Both the position numbers and the translations under genes were made by a program. From positions 749,605 through 813,604 of the forward strand of contig JBPOGI010000002.1 of the NCBI GenBank assembly GCA_051251855.1: a stretch of DNA of 64,000 nt. Reading direction: 5' to 3'. The notes below the pieces were generated by a model that saw nothing but the letters and a program-made list of their open reading frames with translations, was not told where the DNA came from and ran no database searches. The stretch is from Roseibacillus sp. Lineage in GTDB: Bacteria; Verrucomicrobiota; Verrucomicrobiia; Verrucomicrobiales; Akkermansiaceae. Below are positions 1 through 7,201 of this stretch, piece by piece (the first letter of the stretch is position 1; each line of letters opens with the position of its first letter).

Positions 1-383
1 GCTTCTTTGGTATCGGGAGTGAACTCGTCGCCGAGTCCTTTTTCGAGAGTGTCGAGGAGGGCTGCTCCTACCGTCTCGTAATGCTCTGCTTTGACGCCGT
101 AGCCAACATGGCGTTTACCAAGGCTTTGGACAGCTGGGACAAGCTCGCCGAGGGTGTCGAGCCCCTTGACGGCAGCCCCGATCATTTGCATGAGCTTCTT
201 GCCCTGTTCCTCCATGTTCGAGTCGGCAAACATCGGTTTTAAAGAGGGGTCGAGTTCGAAGAGTTTTCCGTAGAAGAGCTCTGCTGCGGTATCGGAGATA
301 GGCTTCACTTTCTCCCAGGATTCCTGGACGAGATTTTTCTGATGAAGGGTCAAAGGGCCTTCGGGTTCGGTTTCTTCTGGCAT
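1..383 (-). CDS. globin domain protein (flavohemoglobin/Vgb-like), 3' end runs off the window
   Basis: Not in ORF track. Manual translation from ATG at 383: MPEETEPEGPLTLHQKNLVQESWEKVKPISDTAAELFYGKLFELDPSLKPMF...EEQGKKLMQMIG...LGKRHVGYGVKAEHYETVGAALLDTLEKGLG. B10 Tyr, CD1 Phe, E7 Gln and F8 His pattern of bacterial 3/3 globins. Confidence 0.9.
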   Translation of the reverse strand, partial: MPEETEPEGPLTLHQKNLVQESWEKVKPISDTAAELFYGKLFELDPSLKPMFADSNMEEQGKKLMQMIGAAVKGLDTLGELVPAVQSLGKRHVGYGVKAEHYETVGAALLDTLEKGLGDEFTPDTKE

Positions 384-468
384 TGGTTTGGTTGGTTCTG
401 GTTTTGGGGGCTCAGTCGTGGAGCCGCCGAAGATTTTCTTAAAAAAGGAGATCATGATATGGAGAGAA

Positions 469-498
469 GGAGCCCGCCATTGGGGGCTGGAGGGCTCC
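469..498 (-). terminator. possible terminator hairpin after the cytochrome c5 gene
   Basis: GGAGCCC (469-475) / GGGCTCC (492-498) inverted repeat just downstream of the stop at 522; only a weak pyrimidine tail on the minus strand. Confidence 0.4.
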
Positions 499-521
499 GT
501 TGGTTAATTGTTTCGAGGAGG

Positions 522-914
522 CTACTTTGGAGTTGCCAACATATAGTTGACGGCATTGGTCACTTCTTCGTCGGTGAGACTGGGGGTGCCTCCGCGAGCA
601 GGCATCTCGCCATCGGGTCCTTGAAAGCCGTTGATGGCGTGATCAAGGAGAACGGCGAGTCCCTTCTCGGACCGAGTTTCCCATTCTTCCGCTTTCGCAA
701 GGGAAGGGGCTCCTTCCTCTCCTTCGTCGTGGCATCCCGAGCATTCGATCTGGTAGATCGCTCGTCCGGCAAGGAGGTCAGGATCGGAGGGGATCCAATC
801 CCACGGGTGCTCGGGCTTGATTTCCTTTTCAGTTTCAGCTGCTTCCTCTGGCGAGGATTTACAGGAGGAAAGGAAGGCGAGGCTGAAGCAGGAGAGGAGA
901 AGAAATGGCTTCAT
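522..914 (-). CDS. cytochrome c5-family lipoprotein
   Basis: Lipobox FLSS-C, single CSGCH, c5-like 'LLDHAINGF...MPARGG...AVNYM'. Confidence 0.85.
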   Translation of the reverse strand: MKPFLLLSCFSLAFLSSCKSSPEEAAETEKEIKPEHPWDWIPSDPDLLAGRAIYQIECSGCHDEGEEGAPSLAKAEEWETRSEKGLAVLLDHAINGFQGPDGEMPARGGTPSLTDEEVTNAVNYMLATPK

Positions 915-938
915 TATCCAAAGTATCCAGGTGAATTG

Positions 939-1574
939 TTAAGAGGTGGGGATACGGATGACGATACCTCCCATGACGTCGTTCTTCTTAAACTCTGGGT
1001 AGTCTGGTTGGCGGTTTTCGTGGTTGTTGTGGCATTCCCAACAAGCAGGAGCGACGGCTTTGTCGGGATAGATTCCAACAAAGTATTCTTGTCCGCCAAT
1101 CTCTTCGAGTGCAGTCCACTTCTTTCCGTAATAATCGCTGGCAGGGTCGGATACCTCAGCGAGACCTTTCTCTACGGCAGGAGTTTTCTTCTTGGCGTTC
1201 TCCATGTTGAGGGGCCAAGTCGACTGAAGAGAGTAGGAGAAGTCAAAGGGCTTGCCTTCGACGGAGTCTACTTCTTCTGCGCCTTCGCGGAACATTTGAG
1301 CAGGGAGGAGGAGGGCTTTTTCTTCGGCCCATTCTTCGTGTGCTTTGATGACCTTCTCATCTCTCACGAGACGGTTGACGATCTTGGTCGCGTAGACTTT
1401 GCGGTCTGACTTGAGCACGATATAGAGCGCTTCGGCGACGGCTTCGGCATCGTAGCCTCCATCGGAGCCGCTGCTGGCTTCTGAGTCTCCGGACTTACAG
1501 GAAGCAAGTGCGAAGGCGAGGGTGGTGGTGCCGGCGATCCATGTGGGGCCGATCCATCTTTTATTCATTTTCAT
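939..1574 (-). CDS. DUF3365/Tll0287-like monoheme cytochrome c lipoprotein
   Basis: Start moved to ATG 1574 (or 1568), overlapping the upstream stop. Lipobox ALAS-C; C-terminal AVAPACWECH...DVMGGIVIRIP typical of this domain. Confidence 0.75.
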   Translation of the reverse strand: MKMNKRWIGPTWIAGTTTLAFALASCKSGDSEASSGSDGGYDAEAVAEALYIVLKSDRKVYATKIVNRLVRDEKVIKAHEEWAEEKALLLPAQMFREGAEEVDSVEGKPFDFSYSLQSTWPLNMENAKKKTPAVEKGLAEVSDPASDYYGKKWTALEEIGGQEYFVGIYPDKAVAPACWECHNNHENRQPDYPEFKKNDVMGGIVIRIPTS

Positions 1575-3030
1575 TTGGTAGTTTGGTTTGTTCTTCTTCG
1601 GGTGGGGTCGGGGTGGAACCGGCCTGTTCTTCTGAGGGAGATTCGAGGAATTTCTTGAGAGCGATAATCTCTTCGTTACCGCGCTCAATAGCGGCATCGA
1701 CGGTCCAGCTGATGCCGGGGTGCTCAATGGTGGGATGGCTGGCGAAGTTGCTCTTGATGAGCTTTTGGTCGGCGAGCGCGTTCATGGAGAATTGGAGTCC
1801 GTGGCAGTCCATGCAGACATTGCGCAACATCTTCTCGTTGGGAGTGAGGTTGGCGTTCTGGTTGTGATTGACGACGACTTGGCCCTCGCGCTCCTCGCGT
1901 GGCATGTGGCAGGTGGCGCAAGAGACTCCGGTGTTCTCTTCACCGGTGCCGGCGAGTTCGGCGAGCCAGAGTCGTGAGTGACCAGAGTTCAAGTAGTTCT
2001 TACTATGGTCGTCGTCGTGGCATTGAAGGCAGGCTTGTTGGGAGGCGAATTGACGGTCGTAGTTGTGGGGCTGATGGCAAGAGGAGCAAGAGAGGTCGCG
2101 ATGTGCCGAGGAGGATTTCATAGGGCGTCGAGCTTGCTCGGGGGTCATCCCGGAGAGGCTTTGAGCGAGTCTCATGCCGTGCTTGCCTTTGAGGAAGTCG
2201 GTGACTTCGGGCTCGTGGCAGCTTTGGCAGGAGGAGTGGTCGGGGGATGGGACCCACGCACCGGTGGTGGGATGGTCGTGGCAGTCTGAGCAGTTTACTC
2301 CTGCGTTGGCGTGGGCGGTGTGTTCCCAGCTGTCGTTAATGGATTGGTTGGTGAGTTGGGGGGCGGGAGCATCGGCGGTGGCGATAGTGAGGGGTTCACG
2401 CTTCTTATTTCCTTCGTCGAGCCACTTTTGCAGGGCATCGGCTTCGAGGAGGGTGCTTTCTGGAAGGAAGTCAGCTTCACCATAGTGCTTGAGGAGGAAG
2501 CTGGGGGCTAAGGCAACGTTGTCGTGGTAGTTGTGGCAGCCAGAGTCGGCGCAGGAATTGAAGGGGAGGAAGCGATGTGAATCGAGGTTGTCGAGGGTGA
2601 CTTGATGGCAGTGGGCGCAGTAGTCAGGGGGGAGAGTTACGCCCATTTCGTGGGTGATTTTTTCGTTGTGCTCGGCGTGGCAGGCGACGCAGCTCATGGC
2701 GTCCACGTGCTCAAGGTAGATGTGGTTGTCGGGGTTCTTAAACTTGCGGGTGGGGTGGGAGTCGCTGAAAGCGGTGAGGTCCTCGCCGTGGCAGTTGATA
2801 CAGGCTGAGCTGGGGACGCCGGAGGAGGTGAAAATATTCTCGCTTTCTTCGTCTGTGTGGCAGGCGGCGCAGGCAAGCTCGATTTGGTAATGGCCGTGAG
2901 TGGTCTTGCCTGGGAGGAGGACGGTTTTGTCTTCGGCCCTGAGAAGGATGTGGCTCAACCACGCAGAAAGGCCCACTGTGACGATGAGCCAGAGTAGGAT
3001 GCTTTTTCGTTTTTGAATCCAATGAGCCAC
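1561..3030 (-). CDS. membrane-anchored multiheme cytochrome c (10 CxxCH + 1 Cx4CH)
   Basis: N-terminal hydrophobic helix; motifs CAACH, CINCH, CVACH, CAHCH, CADSGCH, CSDCH, CQSCH, CSSCH, CLQCH, CATCH, CMDCH; no CxxCK. Confidence 0.9.
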   Translation of the reverse strand: MAHWIQKRKSILLWLIVTVGLSAWLSHILLRAEDKTVLLPGKTTHGHYQIELACAACHTDEESENIFTSSGVPSSACINCHGEDLTAFSDSHPTRKFKNPDNHIYLEHVDAMSCVACHAEHNEKITHEMGVTLPPDYCAHCHQVTLDNLDSHRFLPFNSCADSGCHNYHDNVALAPSFLLKHYGEADFLPESTLLEADALQKWLDEGNKKREPLTIATADAPAPQLTNQSINDSWEHTAHANAGVNCSDCHDHPTTGAWVPSPDHSSCQSCHEPEVTDFLKGKHGMRLAQSLSGMTPEQARRPMKSSSAHRDLSCSSCHQPHNYDRQFASQQACLQCHDDDHSKNYLNSGHSRLWLAELAGTGEENTGVSCATCHMPREEREGQVVVNHNQNANLTPNEKMLRNVCMDCHGLQFSMNALADQKLIKSNFASHPTIEHPGISWTVDAAIERGNEEIIALKKFLESPSEEQAGSTPTPPEEEQTKLPNENE

Positions 3031-3038
3031 GAAGTTTT

Positions 3039-5051
3039 TTAGTAAAGGTAGACCGAGAGAATGTGGAAGGTGAGGAGCACGGGGAGGGGCCAGAAGAGAA
3101 TGAGGTGCGCGTAGGTGAGGGCGGGGCGGAAGCGTCTGGCGGTGAGGGCAGCCTTGGAATTACCGGCGCTTTCGATGGCTGCGACGACTCCAGCAAGGGC
3201 TCCTAGTAGATTGAGAGCTACGAAAGTGAACATGAGCCAGAAGTTTAGGTTGTGACCGAAGCGGAATCCGGTGTGAACGAACAATGCCAAGAGGGCAATG
3301 ATGCCGAAGGCGGTATGAAAGACCCTCCAGTAGGCGAAGTGGCCAAAGCGAAACCACTTGATGCGCTTGCGAAGTGAGAGGAGAAGCCCAATCAGGAAGA
3401 TGCCCATGAGGGTGTATCCGGTAATCTGCTTGATGACGCCGTCGCGCCAAAATTGGTCGACTTGATACCACCATGATGCGACTGAGTCGGCCATCGCTGG
3501 TGGGGGAGCAAAGATAGTGATGAGGACGGCAAGGAGAGCAAGAATGGAGAGGGCGAGAAGGGCGCGTGCTCCCTTGGGTTTCGAAACGACGGGGGCTCCG
3601 CAAAGTTCATCTAGGAGAGGTTCGCAGGAACCGCAAACGGTGGACGCGCTGGTCTGGGCGGCGAGAAGTTTGGGGTCGTTCTTGCACTTAGCGAGGCAGG
3701 CGACGAGCTGCCCCTTGTTGACTCCCATGCAGTTGCAAACGATGCGCTCGTCGGGCCATTGGGCGACCGGTGTTTCGCCGCCACCTGGTTGGAGGACACC
3801 TTCGGCGGCGAAGTAGTCTTCTTCCTTCTTCTTGATGAATTGTCCCTCGGCATAGAGAGATTGGATTTTTCCACCTTCAGGCCAGTCGCCTACTCCAAGG
3901 CCGCCTTTGAGTTCTCCCTTGGGTCCTAAGATGAGCATGCGGTAGAGATCGTCGGTGGAGAACTCGACGCGTCGGCCTTCTTCGAGGGGGTCGCCAATGG
4001 TGATGACGTCTACCCCGAGCATTTTAAGTCGAGTGGAAAGGTCAGGAGTGGGGAAGGGGGCGATCTTTTGCCCTTCGAGGCGCGCGATGAGGTGGCGGGC
4101 CATGGCGTAGCCCGGAGCGGCGAGGCCATAGATGTTTCCATCGAGGAGGGCGCATTCACCGATGGCGAAGATATTGTCTTCGCTGGTCTCGAAGTGGTCG
4201 TTGACGACGATGCCTCCGCGGAGACCTGTCTCTAATCCGGAGTTTTTGGCAAGCTCGCTATTGGGGGTGATACCGGCGGAGATGACGACGAGGTCGCAGT
4301 CGAGGGGATCGCCTTTGTCGAAGACGAGCCTGAGTTGTTCGCCGGTGTCCTCGATGGTGGTAGAGCCTTTGCCTAGGTAGAGTCCGATGCCTTGCTCTGT
4401 AATGGATTTTTGAAGGAGAGTGGATGCGGTTTCGTTGAGTTGGCGGGGCATCAAGAACGAGGCTCGCTCGACGACGTCTGCTTTGAGTCCCAGTTTTTGA
4501 ATGGCTTGAGCGGCTTCGAGACCGAGGAGTCCACCCCCGACGACTGCGGCTTTGGATTTACCCTTGGAGGCTGAAATAATGGACTTGAGGTCGACTATAT
4601 TGCGGTAGAGGAAAACGTTGGGATGGTCACCGCCGGGAATGGGAGGGACGAAGGGGCGTGAGCCGGTGGCGAAGACGAGGATGTCGTAGTTGTGCTTGGT
4701 TTCATCCGAAAGGGTGACGCACTTGAGCTTGGGGTCGACTGCGACGACTTCGGTGCTAGTGAGGAGGGTAATTCCTTTTTCCTGATACCACTCTTCGCTG
4801 TTGAAGATGAGCTGGCTGGCATCCTTGTGGTCAACGTAGGTTGAGAGGTTGATGCGGTCGTAGGCGGGGAGAGGTTCTTTGCCGACGACGGTAATCTCCA
4901 GGTTAGGGAAAATCTTCGATTGGGTGAAATACTCACAGAGCTTTCCTCCGACCATGCCGTTGCCAATCACCAAGAGGCGAGAACCTTTGGGCAACGCCTG
5001 GCGGCGGCTTGCCTTCTTGTTCTTGGATTGACCTTGAAAGGCGGACTTCAC
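3039..5051 (-). CDS. NirB-like NAD(P)H/FAD oxidoreductase + BFD-type [2Fe-2S] + C-terminal His-rich membrane domain
   Basis: VIGNGMVG, ATGSRPF, VGGGLLGLEAA, AIGECA (NirB N-terminal half); CNC...CGSC cluster motif; about 5 C-terminal TM helices with two His pairs 14 residues apart; no siroheme/4Fe-4S domain. Confidence 0.85.
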   Translation of the reverse strand: MKSAFQGQSKNKKASRRQALPKGSRLLVIGNGMVGGKLCEYFTQSKIFPNLEITVVGKEPLPAYDRINLSTYVDHKDASQLIFNSEEWYQEKGITLLTSTEVVAVDPKLKCVTLSDETKHNYDILVFATGSRPFVPPIPGGDHPNVFLYRNIVDLKSIISASKGKSKAAVVGGGLLGLEAAQAIQKLGLKADVVERASFLMPRQLNETASTLLQKSITEQGIGLYLGKGSTTIEDTGEQLRLVFDKGDPLDCDLVVISAGITPNSELAKNSGLETGLRGGIVVNDHFETSEDNIFAIGECALLDGNIYGLAAPGYAMARHLIARLEGQKIAPFPTPDLSTRLKMLGVDVITIGDPLEEGRRVEFSTDDLYRMLILGPKGELKGGLGVGDWPEGGKIQSLYAEGQFIKKKEEDYFAAEGVLQPGGGETPVAQWPDERIVCNCMGVNKGQLVACLAKCKNDPKLLAAQTSASTVCGSCEPLLDELCGAPVVSKPKGARALLALSILALLAVLITIFAPPPAMADSVASWWYQVDQFWRDGVIKQITGYTLMGIFLIGLLLSLRKRIKWFRFGHFAYWRVFHTAFGIIALLALFVHTGFRFGHNLNFWLMFTFVALNLLGALAGVVAAIESAGNSKAALTARRFRPALTYAHLILFWPLPVLLTFHILSVYLY

Positions 5052-5062
5052 TCTTTGAGTTG

Positions 5063-5079
5063 AGCATTCGGGTAACCAA
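5063..5079 (-). promoter_or_regulatory. sigma54-like -24/-12 element upstream of the redox operon
   Basis: Minus strand TTGGTTACCCGAATGCT (GG-N10-GC); GC lies 13 nt before the GTG start. Confidence 0.55.
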
Positions 5080-5127
5080 TAGTTTGGAGCTTGCTTCGAT
5101 TCTTTAGGAAAGTGGGACCCCGAAAGA

Positions 5128-5142
5128 ATGAGTTTTGTTAAT
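5128..5142. promoter_or_regulatory. degenerate ATGA-N7-TCAT box
   Basis: ATGAGTTTTGTTAAT (1 mismatch), 51 bp from the GG element as in the other promoters. Confidence 0.5.
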
Positions 5143-5175
5143 GCTCTATTTCGCTCCTGAAAATCGCGGAAATGG

Positions 5176-5190
5176 ATGATTGGATTTCAT
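5176..5190. promoter_or_regulatory. ATGA-N7-TCAT box (LysR-type T-N11-A)
   Basis: ATGATTGGATTTCAT, perfect half-sites. Confidence 0.6.
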
Positions 5191-5385
5191 GAGAGGTGGC
5201 CTTGGTTGATCGTCACTTTGATGGGCACTATCTCCGACTGCGCTCCCCTCGGTGATGATGGCTCGAGGGAGCGAGTGTCTCTTATACGCGAGTGTGAATT
5301 TGGTCGTCTCGACTGGATGAGTAGGGCTTCTATCCAATTGGACTCAGACTCACTGACTAGAGGGCTGTGCTACTTGTTAAGTGAC

Positions 5386-5415
5386 AAAAAAACTCCGACG
5401 AATGAATCGTCGGAG
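5386..5415 (-). terminator. rho-independent terminator after nrtB-like gene
   Basis: CTCCGACGA-atgaa-TCGTCGGAG perfect 9-bp stem; A7 at 5386-5392 gives the U-tract on the minus strand. Confidence 0.85.
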
Positions 5416-5447
5416 CTTTGAGAAGAGAAAAAACTTGAGACCTACGT

Positions 5448-7082
5448 CTAGGCGGTGGCGGAACCGTCATCGAAGGAGACGAGGCGTTGGAGTATAATCA
5501 TCAAGCGGTCGAGGAAGAATCCAATGACTCCTACCACGAAGCAGGCGAGGATGATGTTGGCAAAGGATTGTGAGGAGCCATTTTGATATTCGTCCCAGAC
5601 ATACTTGCCGAGTCCGTCGGATGAGGAAAGGGCTTCAGCGGCGATGAGGACCATCCAGCCCACTCCGAGTGAGATGCGCAGGCCGGCGAAGACAAGCGGA
5701 AGGGAGGAGGGAATGACGATTTTGAAAAGGCGGGACCAGAAGCCGAGCTTGAGAACCTTGGCGACATTGAGGTGGTCTTTATCGATGGCAGAAACGCCGA
5801 GCGCGGTGTTGACCAACGCAGGCCAGAGGGCGCACATAGCAACGGTGCAGGCCGAGAAGATCATGGCGGGGTTGGTTTGCAGAAAAGACAAGGGGTTGAG
5901 GGAGTCGTTCATGAAAACGAAGAGGGGATGGCTCGCTGGATCGGGGAGGAAAAAGGCGCCGACGATGATTTGGAAAATAAGGAGCCAAACGACCGGTGAT
6001 ACTGGGCGGAAGATTGAAATGAGAGGCGTCATGGAAGCCATGAAGATACGATTGAGTCCGCACATGATACCGAGAGGAATGGCTACGACAGCGGCAATGA
6101 GGAACCCTACGAAGACGGTGGCGATAGAGCGCTTAGTCTGCCAAAAAATGGTAGCGGTGCGAGGGTAGGTTTGTTCGCTCGTGCTGGCAGCGCGTTCGCT
6201 GTTTTTGACGACAGACTTCGCTTCTTTGAGGGCTTCTTTTCCAGTAGCAGCGGCGGCGAGTTGCTGGGTGTCTTCTTTGGCCTTGGCGATGAGGGTTGCT
6301 TCTTTGACGCTGCGGTTTCCAGTAGTGAGAATGTCGATGAGCTTCTTGTAGTGCTGCACTTCGTCGGCTACCTTGTTCGTTGCGAGTTGAGATGATTTGA
6401 CCTCTTCAGGAGGGTTGTCTCGAATGAGGTCGAGCTCGTCTTTAAGCAGGGTTTCTGCATTTTTTTCCTTCTCTTCGAAGGCGGTGCTTTCTTTCACGAG
6501 AGCGATGAGTTTTTCAGGGGATGCTTCCTTCAGCGCGACCTTTTCTGCGAGGGTTTCTAAGGCGAGGTCTCGAGCGTCTTCGGCGGCATTATTCTTCGCC
6601 TTGATGGCATCATAGCGAGCTTGCACGGGGGCGAGCTTGGCGTTCATTTCTTCCTTGGAGGAGGCTGCGATTTCGACTGCCTTTTTTTGGAGCTTGGCTT
6701 GCTCGGCTTCGAGGGTGATGAGTTCTTTCTTGGCGCGTTCGATTTCTTCCAACCGTGGCTTGCCAGTGAGGCCGAAGGCGTTCTCCTTCTCGTTCTCGCG
6801 CTCATTAAAACGTCGGGCGTCGTTGAACGCGGTGCTGACGGCAGCTGGACCGGGGACTTCGCCGGACTTGGTCTTCAGTTTAGTGATGACGGTGGCCCAG
6901 ATGAAGATGAGAATGGAAACAAAGACGATAGGAACGACCATGTATTGGGCGATGTCTTTGACTTGTTTCTGAGGCTCCTCGCCAAAGAGGAGTCTAACGG
7001 GCGGGTCGAGAACCTTAAAGCCGCTGACATCGATGACCTTGAGAATTCCGTATTTGATTTTGTCCTTGGGTGAGTCTGACAT
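5448..7082 (-). CDS. nrtB: nitrate/nitrite ABC transporter permease (NrtB family) with long coiled-coil insertion
   Basis: Start moved to ATG 7082 (MSDSPK). C-terminal NrtB motifs FRPVSPVVW, LVNTALGV, GLRISLGVGWMVLIAAE, GLGKYVWDEYQNG. Confidence 0.85.
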   Translation of the reverse strand: MSDSPKDKIKYGILKVIDVSGFKVLDPPVRLLFGEEPQKQVKDIAQYMVVPIVFVSILIFIWATVITKLKTKSGEVPGPAAVSTAFNDARRFNERENEKENAFGLTGKPRLEEIERAKKELITLEAEQAKLQKKAVEIAASSKEEMNAKLAPVQARYDAIKAKNNAAEDARDLALETLAEKVALKEASPEKLIALVKESTAFEEKEKNAETLLKDELDLIRDNPPEEVKSSQLATNKVADEVQHYKKLIDILTTGNRSVKEATLIAKAKEDTQQLAAAATGKEALKEAKSVVKNSERAASTSEQTYPRTATIFWQTKRSIATVFVGFLIAAVVAIPLGIMCGLNRIFMASMTPLISIFRPVSPVVWLLIFQIIVGAFFLPDPASHPLFVFMNDSLNPLSFLQTNPAMIFSACTVAMCALWPALVNTALGVSAIDKDHLNVAKVLKLGFWSRLFKIVIPSSLPLVFAGLRISLGVGWMVLIAAEALSSSDGLGKYVWDEYQNGSSQSFANIILACFVVGVIGFFLDRLMIILQRLVSFDDGSATA

Positions 7083-7109
7083 AGCGAAGCTGTGAGCTGG
7101 CCGAACTCT

Positions 7110-7126
7110 TGCAGCCCTCGGGCCAA
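7110..7126 (-). promoter_or_regulatory. sigma54-like -24/-12 element upstream of nrtB
   Basis: Minus strand TTGGCCCGAGGGCTGCA. Confidence 0.65.
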
Positions 7127-7173
7127 GTGGCGGAGTTGGGCTGAGAATTTTGAGAAGAGATGAACTCGACTCC

Positions 7174-7188
7174 ATGAATTTGATTCAT
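7174..7188. promoter_or_regulatory. ATGA-N7-TCAT box upstream of nrtB
   Basis: ATGAAT-TTG-ATTCAT palindrome; the 18-mer CATGAATTTGATTCATGA differs at one base from the copy at 13123-13140. Confidence 0.75.
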
Positions 7189-7201
7189 GAATTTTTCCGT
7201 T

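Noticed and set aside
384..468. sigma54 element or full ATGA-N7-TCAT box upstream of the globin
   Set aside because: Only a TCATGA hexamer at 452-457; no GG-N10-GC at a suitable position.
342..1409. 355-aa plus-strand ORF and other long antisense ORFs (e.g. 17085-18092, 18099-19031, 23130-24170, 47985-48701, 57383-58171)
   Set aside because: Shadows of well-supported genes on the opposite strand in GC-rich DNA; no recognisable motifs.
1561..3030. Calling the multiheme protein nrfA or hao
   Set aside because: No CxxCK motif; heme count and apparent lack of the catalytic heme motif do not fit.
3039..5051. Calling this gene nirB
   Set aside because: It lacks the siroheme/[4Fe-4S] nitrite reductase half; only the electron-input module is homologous.
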